A DNA stretch of 61,076 nt, filler included, from Stramenopiles sp. TOSAG23-3 (lineage: Eukaryota), in the NCBI GenBank assembly GCA_900128585.1. It is 17 parts of 17 records of this genome, joined end to end, with 100 filler letters (N's around TTAATTAATTAA, not from the genome) between each part and the next. Parts side by side here need not be neighbours in the genome. Positions count along the whole stretch, not along the records: positions 32,490 to 35,981 come from LT644189.1; positions 36,082 to 39,569 come from LT644190.1; positions 39,670 to 43,156 come from LT644191.1; positions 43,257 to 46,742 come from LT644192.1; 13 more parts are not named here. The stretch is one strand, 5' to 3'. Below are positions 32,680 to 44,763 of this stretch, in pieces (positions within the stretch are counted from its first letter, which is position 1; each line of letters starts with the position of its first letter). The notes below the pieces were generated by a model that searched no databases, was not told the DNA's origin, and saw only the letters and a list, made by a program, of their open reading frames with translations. The position numbers and the translations under genes were made by a program.

Positions 32680-34215
32680 TTTTTTTGCTTCTCGCTCTCT
32701 TACACTATAAACTTCAGTTCCTCTGACTTTCCAGATATTTAAAAAAAAAATTAAACTCTCGTTTCCAAATGGAATCGAATTGTTGCCTTTATATATTTTC
32801 ACTGACTTTTATGGTACAGAAGCTGTACTTTCTTGGAGGAAGAAGAGGAGGGGGGAAGAAGGGGGAAGGAAGAAGGAAGAAGAAAGAGAATAAGGAATTT
32901 ATTTTTTTAATAAAAAAGTAATAATATTATAATACTGCTGTGTATAAAAAATAATAATTATTAATATATTATTTAAGACGACCTACTACTAATACCTGGT
33001 ACCGGTGCCTCTGTTCTACTTCGTTAGAATTGTTCATCCATCGTTTAAATTAGACACTACCACTATGTGTAATATTTTATAATTGAACTATCTATATAAT
33101 AGTATTTTGGATGAAAAAAATCTACATATGAATAGGATCTAATTAACCTCATCTCAATGTGCGTGTTAGAATTTTGCCAGGTTTGTCGTTCTTGTTTCTA
33201 GTCCTCGTAATATAAGCGTAGGCTACGAACAACACAGAGAGAGTAAATAAAATAAAGAAAAAGAGAAACGCTCTTCCTTCTTATTACAGCCATATACCAT
33301 CAAAATCATAAATAATATTACACAGTATAGGAAACACATTCTATAAAAAAAAAATTAAAAAAATGTGATGAAGAATCATCATATTAGATAAAAAGGGCAA
33401 TAATAACGAGGACGTATCATTATGAAACTGTCAACAACAACTAACTTTTTATAAATAAAATAAAATATCGAAATAGAACGCTATATTACAATGGATAATA
33501 GATCGATAGAGATAATAAGTATAATATATCGTGTTGTAATGAATATAGTATGAGTATTATTAGTTTTAAAATTTTCGATCCTTTGATTAATTATACCTCT
33601 TGTGTGGTGTATTATTGTATGTATATATATGTATTCGTCTTTTACTGTATTTTATTATTAAATAATAAAATCTCATCTTCTTTGTTCTTCGTTCTTCCTT
33701 TTTTTATCTCCATTTTTTCTTCCTCCACGTGGTGATGTTTTCTCGATTATAATGTAATAGTCGTTCAGCAACGATACCGTATAATTTAAAATATTAAAAT
33801 AAGTACATATATTTCGTAATTTACTTTAAAACGGTTCTACTTATACTCGTAGTATTCAATAGATAGTTCAATCCGAATAAAACCAACAACAACCACCAAC
33901 AAATAACTGTCTTCTTCATCAAAATATTACCTTGGTATTATGATGTATATATAATTGTGTGCTCGCTTTATTAGTCTATCATTGATATTTTACAAGTAAC
34001 CATCCCTCGTTACCATCGTTTTAAAAAATCGATGTCTTCATACGTTTACAAGGCGAACAGAGTTAACGTGAGTGCGTACGTACTTTTCAACCTGCGCAAG
34101 GTCACTTTCTTGAACGTTTTACACGAGAATATATACTGTTGTGTGGTTCCGAAGACGCACCTGCATTGCCTTTGTAGACGACGGTACGGCGTTTGTTAAG
34201 GTTGGGGTTGGCGAC

Positions 34216-35981
34216 ATGTTCAAACGGTTCAGTTTTGTCGCGGCTTTGATTGCCCTCGCGGCTTTGTCTTTTTGTCCCGGGATAAGCGCAGAGTGCCTTA
34301 CGACGGAACGGGACAAAAATGGGACGATTACCGGGAATATCGTATTGAAAGACGCCGAGGTGGCCCTGATAGAATCGGGGCGCCCGCTTGCGATTTCACT
34401 GGGCGTTTTCGCTGGGTTCGGGTTCTTAGCCGGTACGGATTTGTACCCGCTTCTGTACCACGGGGCATGGATTGCGAATGCACAATTTGTCCCGTCGTTG
34501 GATGTGGACTACAACCATTGCCAAACTTCCCTGTTTGATGCGAACGACAAAAAAGCCACCAAGACATCGTGCCCCTGCACACTGGAAGAAAAGTTCTTTA
34601 CAAAGTGGAGTCGTTACTTTGCTCCGTTCACGTGCAGGTTTGGGATAATACCCCCCAAGGACGGCGTGGTTGAACCCCGGGACCCGGAGTACATGCAGGC
34701 CAATGCCTTGGACATCACCGTTGGCGTGGCTTTAATAATTGCCGTCATCGTTCTTGTCCGCTTGCCGGCCTTTCTTTTCACGCGGAACCATTACAAGAAC
34801 GACGAGGACGAGGCATCCAACTATGGGATCTGGTCGAAGTGTCCCCAAAACAAAATCCCGTGCTTCCCAGTACGCTTCTGGATGGACTTTCCGAACCTCA
34901 CCTTAAAGCTCTTGGTGTGTCTCCACATCGGCTTGGCAATGTCCGCGTTTAGCGCCTTTGAGGGGGACAACATTGTCGGCGCGGCAGTGCTGTCTGTGGT
35001 CTGCATCGGCCTGCCAATCTTCTCGTTTCTGAAAGTACGTAACTTGGTTAACGGGGGAGTTGCGTACATCGACGCGAGCAAATACCAGGGCTGGCGGGAC
35101 GTAAACTCGCGCAACAGTTACAAGACGTGGCGCCAGTCCGTTTTGGTGAACCGCTACGGTGCGATGTTCAAAACCTTAAAGTCCAAGCGATGGTGGTGGA
35201 CCTCTTACCGTATGTTTTTTAATTTATTAGAGGCGTTGATTATTTTGGGGATTCCAATGGCAAATGATTTGAGAGGAGCAATAGTCGTGCTGCTGTACTT
35301 CATTCAAGCGCTGGTGTTGTTGCTGGTCCGTCCGTACCTTTCGGCGATCACCTGGTCCTTGGAGCTGATCCAGCTGTTCCACAATGTATTTATATACATG
35401 GCAAGTACGTTGTACAATCACGATTCTGCCATTTTCAACGCACAAGACATTATGCAAGTTCAAACCGATGGGGTAGAACAAATGATGATAGTCCTGGGCA
35501 GTGGAATGACTGTGATTCACATCGTATTTGTGTTTTTCCTAAGTGCAAACACATTTTACTCGAGTTTCATGCATTGCCAAAAAGGAGGGGACAGTGCCGA
35601 ATGGGATATTGAGTGCAATGATAAACGGTCTGGTACGCGAACTTTAGGCGATTCGGGCCCGGTACTGTCTCGAGCCCAAATTAACCAACGAAAAACCGGT
35701 ACCGCAGGTTCCTGGATAATGAAAAAGGTTGAGAGCGCGCCTGTGCTGGAGCATTCACAAGAAGAATTGGGAACGGGGGCGCATGCGAACCCTTTGCGCG
35801 CAAAAATTGCGGCGAAACGTGCGGCAGCTTTAGAAAAGCAGAAAAAGGTGGAAATGACCGAGGCCGCAGTAAAGTTAGTGGCCGTGAAGGAGGAGGAACC
35901 TGGGCCAGAAGCTGAACCCGCAGCCGAACCCGCAGCACCGGGTCTTGCGCCTCTCCCAGAAGGCTGGGGGGAGGCGGCCGA
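34216..35981 (+). CDS. Signal-peptide multi-pass membrane protein (TRP_C-like) ending at the start of a WW domain; 3'-truncated
   Basis: Signal peptide; RYGAMFKTLKSKRWWW and LLVRPY motifs; PLPEGW at the contig end. Confidence 0.7.
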
Positions 35982-36083
35982 NNNNNNNNNNNNNNNNNNN
36001 NNNNNNNNNNNNNNNNNNNNNNNNNTTAATTAATTAANNNNNNNNNNNNNNNNNNNNNNNNNNNNNNNNNNNNNNNNNNNNTT

Positions 36084-39011
36084 GTCATCGATGCTGATGG
36101 TACGAAACGAGAAGCGAAGAAGAAAGTGAAACGGAAAGTGAAATTAAAGCCAGCCCGATCCCGGGCAGTCCAGACCATGGTTGTAGTCTCAAAGGAGGCG
36201 GCTAATGCGGCATTGCCAATGTTGCGCTCTTTGATGAGTCGGGTACAAGATGAGCGCACTTATCTGGGGAGAATTAGAAAGGATACGAGGAGTTCGTTGC
36301 AAAGAATGGGGGGGGAATTGTCCGCATTTGCAAATAAACTTGGGGAGAAAATGGGAATGCATTTGGAATTGAAGAAAGTAGAAATAAAAGCTCCTCCCAC
36401 CCCTCCCCCGAAATCTACGGGTGCAAGTCTATCGGGAGATCTTGCTAAAAAAGGATCGGCAGCTGGAGGGCCCCAATCTTTGCCAAAGGGAAATCTTCGC
36501 GGCGCAACTCCAAAAATAGATGATTCTCAAGTTCCTGGGACATCGAGTTGGTTAGCAAATAATGCAGGGGCTTTGGAAGAGTTTAATCGAGTGCAAGAGA
36601 GCATGAAGAAAGAGATTGACAACTTGTCCTCCGAGCAGCGGGAAAAACATGATGATGCAGCAACCAAAATACAGGCAATGGTTCGGGGTAAGTTAGGGAA
36701 AAATGTCGTGAAGGGTATCCGCCGAGCAATGGCACGTGAAGAGGAGGCAACTCGCGCTTTGCTTGAATTTGGTGCTGCTGAAGATGAAGATGCGGGGGAC
36801 GTTCAAAGGGACACAATGAAAAGAATGATGGGGGTGGACTCAAAAGTAATGAAAATGGAGAGCCAAAATAACTTGAAGCGAGCCGAGGAAGCAGATCCAG
36901 GAGCATGGGAACAGGAGATGCAAAAAGCTATGCAAGAAACCAAACGAAGAAATGCAAAAATCACGGAGCAAGAACGAGCTGTACAGAAAGCGCAAATGGA
37001 AAGAAGTATCAAATTAAGAAAACGCGTTATACTTGTTGAAAGACGGGTAAAAGAGCTCGAAAACATTTTGACACGAAAATTTGCGAGTAAGTTTAAATTT
37101 AAAGCAAAAGGTAAGACAGGTGGGATTTCGAATTTGGCTGCTGCGAGTGCCAGTGGTAGCAACGAAGAACAGCCAAATTCAAGCGGGCAAATAGCAGAAC
37201 GTTTAGCCAATACGCCAGGTAGCGTTAAATCTATTGGGGACCCTAAATTTCAAATACCGAAATTGACGGACCATCCGGGCACTGGGAGTGCAATTGTAGA
37301 GGAAGCAGACACATGGGCAGATAAACCGTCCTGGAATGCATCTATGCCTGGGTTGAGAAAAAACTATCCCTCCTCTTTGGCAAAGAATACCACGCCTGGG
37401 GGCGCAAACCCAAATGAATGGCGTTCTAGGCAAGAATTTTCTAGAGGGGCATGGGGCAGTCGGGTAGAACGCTATCGATTGAACAAACAGAGCTTTCATG
37501 ATTTACTTCGGAAGCGGGCTGGGCTTACTCCAATGGACAACCAAGCAAAGGGTTTAGACGGTAATGTCCTTTCAAAAACTGTCAAAGACCAATTGGTAGT
37601 TCCAACTCAGTGGTCAACTGAAGACAATGGTTCTGTTCCACGTGCAACGACTCCGGCCAGCGAAATTGGAGACAGCACTCAGAACCTTGAACCAAGGCCA
37701 ATCGCATGGGTGATGAAGTCGATTCGAAGCGTTTACGATGACAAACTACTGGCAGAATGTGCTGCATACCGCAACGGGTTTCAAGCCCCAACACTTCCTG
37801 AGTACTTATGTGAATGGGCATCTGTCCGATATGGTGTGACTGCACTAGTGGAACAAATGTGTTGGGACTTATATCGCAGCGTCCAATTTTACCGTTCTTA
37901 TAGCATTGAGGTCGATACATTTGCCAATTTTATGGACGAAGTGTACAGTCCTGCTGATCTTTCATTTTTCTTGTATTCGCGCGCCCTGGTTCTTGACACT
38001 ATGGGTGAGGCTTCGTCGGCCTCCCAGTCTACTCTTGCGCCTGCGCCTGTACCACTGTCGGCTGCTATCAAAATAGGTAGTAGGGTTTTGGCTGGACTAA
38101 GCCCCACTCAATTGGCTTCCGCCTTGCACAAATTTGACGTAAATGCGAAGCCGAGCCATAGGGGGGGGGGGGATGTTGATTTGGACATTAGTGCACTGTT
38201 TTCGGAAGCTAAAGAAAAAGAATCAGTGTCGGCATATGCCTCGGTTAAAGTGAACAACGATCAAAAGGCACAAATAAAACGTGAGCACAAAATTTTACTG
38301 GCTTTCAAGGAACGCTTGCTGGCATCGTGTGGCCGGGATGCATCAAGTTCATCTGTTGTTACGCGCAGCGGCGAACGAGAGATTGATTCTCAGCGATTTC
38401 TATACTTATGTCTTCGTGAGTTTCGCTCAGCACAAAGAAAATTTAAGCGCACATTAAAAGACACCCTGAAGGTAAGCGATTTAAGTCGTGGTTTTGAAGG
38501 CATCACTAGTTTTGAGTTTGCACCAGTTGCGCTATCAGTGGTCCCAACATGGTCAAAAAATGAGGCCGAAATGGTATTTCGCCAAGGCCAAATGCAAGTT
38601 CAAAATACCAGAGAAAAGGACGGATTTTCTACTACTGAAACCACCAGAGTGCCAGGAAAAACGCTAGTAAAACTAGGTACACAAATGTGGTGCCATACCT
38701 TTTTGTTGCCACATGCTCGTGTCAGTGATCCATACGATCCAGATGGAAAGATATCGCTAGAGAGACGGCTGCAAACGCTGCTTGGGGCCGTGTCTTCACA
38801 CTGGCCTTCGTTTGAACCCAGTTTAAACCGACTGGCAAACCGTGTCGGTAAAGCTCTTTCCATGTCGCATGCGCAGAGCCCAAGCCGCGATCAAGGTTTG
38901 CGAGGAGACAAAAGCACTCTGACCCCAACGGTTATGTCGAAAATGGATGGGACTATTTCATTTAATGCGCATAGAAAGAAACCTGCCTTTACCCCTTTCA
39001 CTTTGGAGTAA
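36084..39011 (+). CDS. Large coiled-coil protein with IQ motif and a TSNAXIP1-like helical region (possibly ciliary); 5'-truncated
   Basis: AATKIQAMVRG; LPEYLCEWASVRYG...IEVDTFANFMDE. The family call is tentative. Confidence 0.6.
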   Translation, partial: VIDADGTKREAKKKVKRKVKLKPARSRAVQTMVVVSKEAANAALPMLRSLMSRVQDERTYLGRIRKDTRSSLQRMGGELSAFANKLGEKMGMHLELKKVEIKAPPTPPPKSTGASLSGDLAKKGSAAGGPQSLPKGNLRGATPKIDDSQVPGTSSWLANNAGALEEFNRVQESMKKEIDNLSSEQREKHDDAATKIQAMVRGKLGKNVVKGIRRAMAREEEATRALLEFGAAEDEDAGDVQRDTMKRMMGVDSKVMKMESQNNLKRAEEADPGAWEQEMQKAMQETKRRNAKITEQERAVQKAQMERSIKLRKRVILVERRVKELENILTRKFASKFKFKAKGKTGGISNLAAASASGSNEEQPNSSGQIAERLANTPGSVKSIGDPKFQIPKLTDHPGTGSAIVEEADTWADKPSWNASMPGLRKNYPSSLAKNTTPGGANPNEWRSRQEFSRGAWGSRVERYRLNKQSFHDLLRKRAGLTPMDNQAKGLDGNVLSKTVKDQLVVPTQWSTEDNGSVPRATTPASEIGDSTQNLEPRPIAWVMKSIRSVYDDKLLAECAAYRNGFQAPTLPEYLCEWASVRYGVTALVEQMCWDLYRSVQFYRSYSIEVDTFANFMDEVYSPADLSFFLYSRALVLDTMGEASSASQSTLAPAPVPLSAAIKIGSRVLAGLSPTQLASALHKFDVNAKPSHRGGGDVDLDISALFSEAKEKESVSAYASVKVNNDQKAQIKREHKILLAFKERLLASCGRDASSSSVVTRSGEREIDSQRFLYLCLREFRSAQRKFKRTLKDTLKVSDLSRGFEGITSFEFAPVALSVVPTWSKNEAEMVFRQGQMQVQNTREKDGFSTTETTRVPGKTLVKLGTQMWCHTFLLPHARVSDPYDPDGKISLERRLQTLLGAVSSHWPSFEPSLNRLANRVGKALSMSHAQSPSRDQGLRGDKSTLTPTVMSKMDGTISFNAHRKKPAFTPFTLE

Positions 39012-39114
39012 TTTAGAGAGGAACTAGAAGTAATGATAGACAGAAAAAGAAACCCCTGTAATAACTCTTATGAATATCAATCAGTACGAGGATAGTAGCT
39101 CCTCGTATAGGTAG

Positions 39115-39335
39115 TCTTTTTTTTAAAAAAACAAATTATATAGTCTTAAAAAACAATTATATAGCATATATCATTAGTTTTTTTATAGTAATGCTATATA
39201 ATTTGTTTTTTATAGTAATGCTTTAAAACTCTCTCCTTTTTTAATATATGATACTGAACTTTAAAATATTATAACAGCCAATTTTCTTGTTTTTAAAAAC
39301 AAAATTATGGCTGTTATTTAGAGTAATTAAAATAT
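39115..39335. repeat. Composite AT-rich dispersed repeats with imperfect inverted repeats
   Basis: AAAAAACAAATTATATAG copies with an inverted copy near 39194; ATAACAGCCA (39271) is inverted against TGGCTGTTAT (39308). Confidence 0.7.
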
Positions 39336-39669
39336 AATAAAAAGGAAAAAGAAGGTGTCAGTTCAAGAACAATATCTCCTCGTATTGCAGATCCTCCCCA
39401 AGTTCTGGTCAAGATTCCAATTGATTGGTCTTAAAAGTACACAGCGGCATAAGTGTTTTAAAGGGGCTCGTTGTCTATGGTACTGCTCAGTGAAATAATG
39501 ATCGGTATTGAGTTTGATCGTTTCCTGTTCGTATACACATACAGATGTAAGTGTACCTTCTGGGAATCCNNNNNNNNNNNNNNNNNNNNNNNNNNNNNNN
39601 NNNNNNNNNNNNNTTAATTAATTAANNNNNNNNNNNNNNNNNNNNNNNNNNNNNNNNNNNNNNNNNNNN

Positions 39670-42600
39670 GTTGTTCAGCGGGTGGCAGGCCATGATGGAA
39701 TCGAATTTTTCGTAAAACTCGTCTATTCCCATCGCAATGTAATGCCCTTTCGAGGGAGTCTCAGTGCCACTTTTCGCTTGGCGTTTGGAGGCCTTGGCTT
39801 CGTTCTTTCCGTCCGTAAACTCCCGATTAGTGAACGGGTTTCCCGATGTTGGGGGCGGGATCTTCGGAGATTTGCCCGCCGTAAAAGGGTTTCCAATCGT
39901 AAAAGGGTTCCCACGACCTGATGTTGGAAGGCCATCATCGTCACATGTTCCCGTTTCGCCAGGGTTTACAAATGGGTTTCCTACCTTGTCATTGCGCAGA
40001 ATAGGCGAAAGCGGTGGAGTGCTGTCTGCAAAGGGGTTTCTGATTTTGCTCGGGGCAAGTGAAGCTGCTGACCCTTCTTTAGTTTCGCCAGGCCCGTCTG
40101 TCGAAGGGGCTTTCGCGGCAGGGGTGTCTGGAGCGTTGCCCCCATTTTTCTTTTGATTTCCAAAAGTGTTCAATTTATCCCACGGGCGGTACAGACAAAT
40201 TTTTGGCGCCACCATTTCATCCTCGTCACCTTTGCTACCATTCTTCACTGGGGATCCCGTCGATTCGTTTTGGTACCAGTCCACAACAGCAGCTTCTGAC
40301 GACAGTATGCCGCAGACAATGAAGATGGCATGGCCACTTGATGATAGCAGGTCTTGTTCGTCTGGCGTTTTCTCCTGGTCTTCGGTCGCGATTTCTTCCC
40401 CGTCGCTTCCGTACTCGTAGCCATACAGATCGTCCGTGTCTGTTTGTTTCCGCACCCTGGCGCAAAATAGTGTTTCGTTATTTTCTTCACCTATAGCGAT
40501 CGAACGGAGACGTCGAAAGAGGGTCTTTGCCCCTTCCGCGTTATCCGAGGAAGTCCATTCCAGCATCCCGTCTCTGTAACCACGGCGCTGCTTCGAACCA
40601 TTGCTATACGACGCGTTTCCCTTCAGATCCCATGTAAATTTGGTTGTGACGCCGCCAGAAATATGCATCAAAGAGCCACATATATCGTGGATGTGCGTCA
40701 CCGCGTGGTACGACCCGTGGAGTTTTGCATACGCTTTTTGAACGATAAGGGGCCAATATTCGGTTGGGGGTAGCTCCAACGTGTTGTTTTCCAGCCTATG
40801 TTCCATTGCAGGAGTGCTGCCCGTGTCTGTGGGAGGCGTAAGCGCCTGAACTTGGTCGTTTTCTTTGGTCAATGATGGTTTGGCATGATCGGGAGGAGGC
40901 TCTTTGCCAGGGCTGAAGGAAAGGCTATTCGATCGACTTCGATGTTTACGCATTGCCGGTTTTGCCACAAACACAACTTCGATAGGCCGGGACGACTCCT
41001 TCAATAACTCCATGACACGGTCAAACGTGGCTCCCACCACGGACGTTTTCCCAATTCTAACCATCCTAAACCCCCTTTTCAGCCCTTCCATTCCCTCGGC
41101 TTGGGAATCCTTCAGCACCTTCACTAGCTCGACGTATGGTGCATCATGTCCAGTTGCGTCAATCTCTACCCCATCTCCGAGAACCATCCCCATTGGTCCG
41201 TTTAAAAACACAAACGAATGCTCCATCGATTCGCCCACCACTTCCGGTGTCGCAGCCCGTTTGGGATCAGACACGGTCGGGGACGACAGTCGCCTTACCT
41301 TCTCTCTAATCTTTTCTTTTTGTACCTTGTTCTGCACTATTTGTTCAGTTTCTTCTTTTGTCACAGTTTTTAACGATCGCGAAAACATTGGAATTCCAGC
41401 AGCATCACACGGAATCAAATCGTCCACAACAACCAACCTTTTCTTTCCTTTCCAAAAAAATTCGACGGCGTAGAGCCCAACCTTGTTGAGCCGTTGCTGC
41501 ATCCGCGCAAGTTCCACGGGGCCGCTGGTGTCCTGCTCGGAACGGTACCCCCCATTGCCGGCGTCTGGTCTATTCCCTAGCGCGGGGAACAAGTCCTCGG
41601 CGTGGTTTAACCCCGTCGCGGATGAAAATATGCCAAGTGCGTCAAACAGGCTGCTGTTGTCGAACTGTTGGTGCGACAGGCTTGCTGGTTTTCTGGACTG
41701 CTTCGTCTGGCTCGAAAAAAGGCACCGCGGGCCTTCCGTAAAATTGATGCTGACGATGACGTTGACAACTGCTGTTTCAGCTATTGTAGGAATGTTGACC
41801 CCGTTCGCGTTCGCAGCCGCGGTCGCCATGTCGTTTGCAGCACTGAATGGAAACTCCGTGTAAAAGTATGAGATGCCAACGCCCCCCTCGAAAATTGCTG
41901 GGACAGCACGGCGCTTGATCCCTTCGAAAAAAGCAGCTGCCCTGGTGACCGACTCCCCCCTCTCGTTCGTAACGGTGCTTTGCAGCCACTCCCCCAGCTT
42001 TGGCTGGCAGAGGAGGCTCAGGTCGGCGTAGTTTTCACTCATACCCGTCAGGGTCAATGCTTTGGCAGTATCAAGATATTTGTACCTTTCTTCGGCCCAT
42101 GATTCGTCCACCTTGAACGCCCGCTTCTTCATTTCTACCTCTTGCGCGGTCAGCATCGATATCCCTGAAATCCGAGTGTTTGAGTCTTTTCTTGTCAGGC
42201 TCCCGAGAATGCCAGACTTTTCATGAAGCCAAGAAAACTTCATGAAAAACACATTTTCTACAATTTCCCTTGTTTTCGCATGCGGCTCCGACAATAGCCG
42301 TGGCATCGCACGGAAACTCAGCATCCACAAATTGTCTGTTTTCCTGTTCTAACCGCCGGTACGTGATGCGCCAGTCTTCGACTGGGGCGTTTCTATCCTC
42401 GTCCGTATGACTGCTGGAGCAATCGCTATCATAGTCCGCCGCTTGGTTACCCCCCCCCTCTTGCTCCTCAAGCCTGGGAATCTCGTACTCCACGGACGAG
42501 GGGTTGCTCGGCGTCTTGAGGGCAGAAAAATCTTCGTTGCCATCCGGCTTGGACGGCGTTTCGACAGGCCTTTTAGTAGCTGGTTCCGTCTCCGCAGGCG

Positions 42601-42811
42601 CCTTCTTCGCTGGAGCGGTGTCCGGTGCGTCTTCTTCCTCATAACATTCAAACATGTCGGGCATGCTGGTGATATCGCCGCTCCCCTCCTTCCAGGCCAC
42701 ACCATTGCTCACGGTGGAGCCACTTTTCCATAATACATACAAATCGTCCAACGTGCCCGTCCCACCGTTACCGTCGTTCGAGAGCCAGTGCCACGTCCCC
42801 GTATTGTCCAT
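39670..42811 (-). CDS. Calpain-like protein, probably catalytically inactive, with PDZ insertion and NPF motifs; frame break near 42230-42300; 3'-truncated
   Basis: FVDAEFP in the upstream ORF. Downstream ORF has GLYAVEFFWKG...VVVDDLIP, EYWPLIVQKAYAKLHGSY, GHA and RPW; PDZ-like GPMGMVL...RPIEVVF. Confidence 0.75.
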
Positions 42812-43357
42812 TCCCACCACACCAGACCGCCCCGCTTCTTCCTAAAAAAATACGTTGCCTTTGCTTACCGCCACGAACTATATATATGCGACCGTACGGT
42901 ACAAAGAAAAAAAAAACAACGTAAATGCAATGTTTGGATTTTGAATCATTCGCTCGGCAAAGTACATACTGTTGTTCTTTACATACAGCTAATCAATCAA
43001 TGAAAAAAAACAATTTAACTAATTATTATATTTTAAATTATAATAATAATAATAATAATAAAATATAAAAAATGTGATGAACAACAACAACGAAGAAGGA
43101 AGAAATGTGTTTTTTTGTTGGAGGAAGAAGAAAGAAAGAAAGAAAGAAAGAAAGAANNNNNNNNNNNNNNNNNNNNNNNNNNNNNNNNNNNNNNNNNNNN
43201 TTAATTAATTAANNNNNNNNNNNNNNNNNNNNNNNNNNNNNNNNNNNNNNNNNNNNTGTGTTTTATTTAAGTAATTAAAATTAATGTACTGCGAGCTGAT
43301 AATATTATTAAAATATATACGTATTTCTGTAATTTCGAATTTTACTAGAGCCGCCCT

Positions 43358-43975
43358 TTATCTGAGTGGGGGGATGAAAGGCGGTGGGCATAGAGACGTA
43401 TCGTAAGCGTTCGGTCCAGGCGTGTCTGCGGCATTGTGAATGGTCCAATCGAGGTCCGACTTTGGATTCGCTGAAGAGAACCTGCCTCCCCTGAGGCGAG
43501 TAGAAATGTCTTTATCTGGGGTGTACTCGTTTGGTCCTGGGGTTTGGCTACTATTAAGAATCACCCAGTCAATGTCACTCTTTGGGTTGGCATCGGATAT
43601 TTTCACAGCTCCACCAGTGCCGGGGCTAGTGAGGCTATCGTTTATAACATATTGGTTGGGACCAGGGGTCTCTGCGGCCCGCAACATAAGTATCTCCGTG
43701 TGCGTCTTCGGCTTTGCAGTACTAAACCTTCCCCCGCTTGGCTTTGACCATCGACCGGTAGCTGAAGAGGGATAAATAACATGGCTTTTTGAAGGCTTTT
43801 TCCTTGGTTTTGAAAGTCTATTAATGATGTCCATATTTATTGGCGCAAGCGCCCTCTTCCTTTGCACGTTCGTGTCCAGGGGTGACTTCTCTGGCGGCTT
43901 CGTAGTCCTTTTCTTGTCAATAGGGGACAGCTTGATACTGCCCCCGCTCGGAGTCAGGGGCTTTTTCAAAGGCAT
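43358..43975 (-). CDS. SHIPPO/STPG (PGP) repeat axonemal protein, ODF3-like
   Basis: Three TPGPNxY repeats, each preceded by FSxAxPK-like motifs. Confidence 0.8.
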   Translation of the reverse strand: MPLKKPLTPSGGSIKLSPIDKKRTTKPPEKSPLDTNVQRKRALAPINMDIINRLSKPRKKPSKSHVIYPSSATGRWSKPSGGRFSTAKPKTHTEILMLRAAETPGPNQYVINDSLTSPGTGGAVKISDANPKSDIDWVILNSSQTPGPNEYTPDKDISTRLRGGRFSSANPKSDLDWTIHNAADTPGPNAYDTSLCPPPFIPPLR

Positions 43976-44763
43976 AGCTTTCCCATTTTCCAAACGTGTC
44001 TTCTATTCGAACGAATTTTGTAGACGTGTTTAATCTTGTGTAATTGTCAGCCCTGCCATGGTTGCGATAGGTTACCAGAGCCTAATAGCCATATTTATAC
44101 ATGTAAATACATATGGACAGATCTTCAACTGCTGCAAGCAAAGAAGAGACGACGAAATCTCCTCGTTTTTACTACTACTCCTCTCTACTAGAACGACTAC
44201 GGTACCGTAATACAAAGTAAACACAGTATGGAAGCATGGAGAAAAATGACTGCATGATGAATGAATGCAATGCTGTACTGTTGTAGTACGAACCTTCGGT
44301 TTGCTAGACTATGCTGTCCTCTGTAGTACATGGAAACAACATCTGAGATCACATTTAAAAGTTTTTTGTGTTTTTTTTAATTACGTTATATATCTAGATA
44401 GATTTAATATAATATTTTTTTTTAATATTCAACATTATGGATATAAAATGTAAGTTTCATCATAAACTCAGTCCGCAAGTAGAAGTTCAAAAAAGAAAAG
44501 GAAGAAGAAGAAGGAAGGATATTTATTATAATAATAAAAATAAATAGATCATCCTCTTTTCGGTTAATCCCATTTCTTTCTATAACGACATCCACATTTT
44601 TAAATAGCATCATCGTGTTAATAGAATTGACAGCTGACATTTCAACTGAAAGGAAAGCAGAAGTTTTTCACTTTAGGTTTGTAGGATCGCTACTTTCTTT
44701 CTTGTATTAACGACCCCTTTTGGTTTCTAAAGAGCTGCTGGACACTACCGTGGATCTTAACCA

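Noticed and set aside
42262-42272. G_GGA_AAT slippery heptamer as a programmed -1 frameshift in the calpain-like gene
   Set aside because: The -1 frame hits TAG immediately; the downstream ORF is in the +1 frame.
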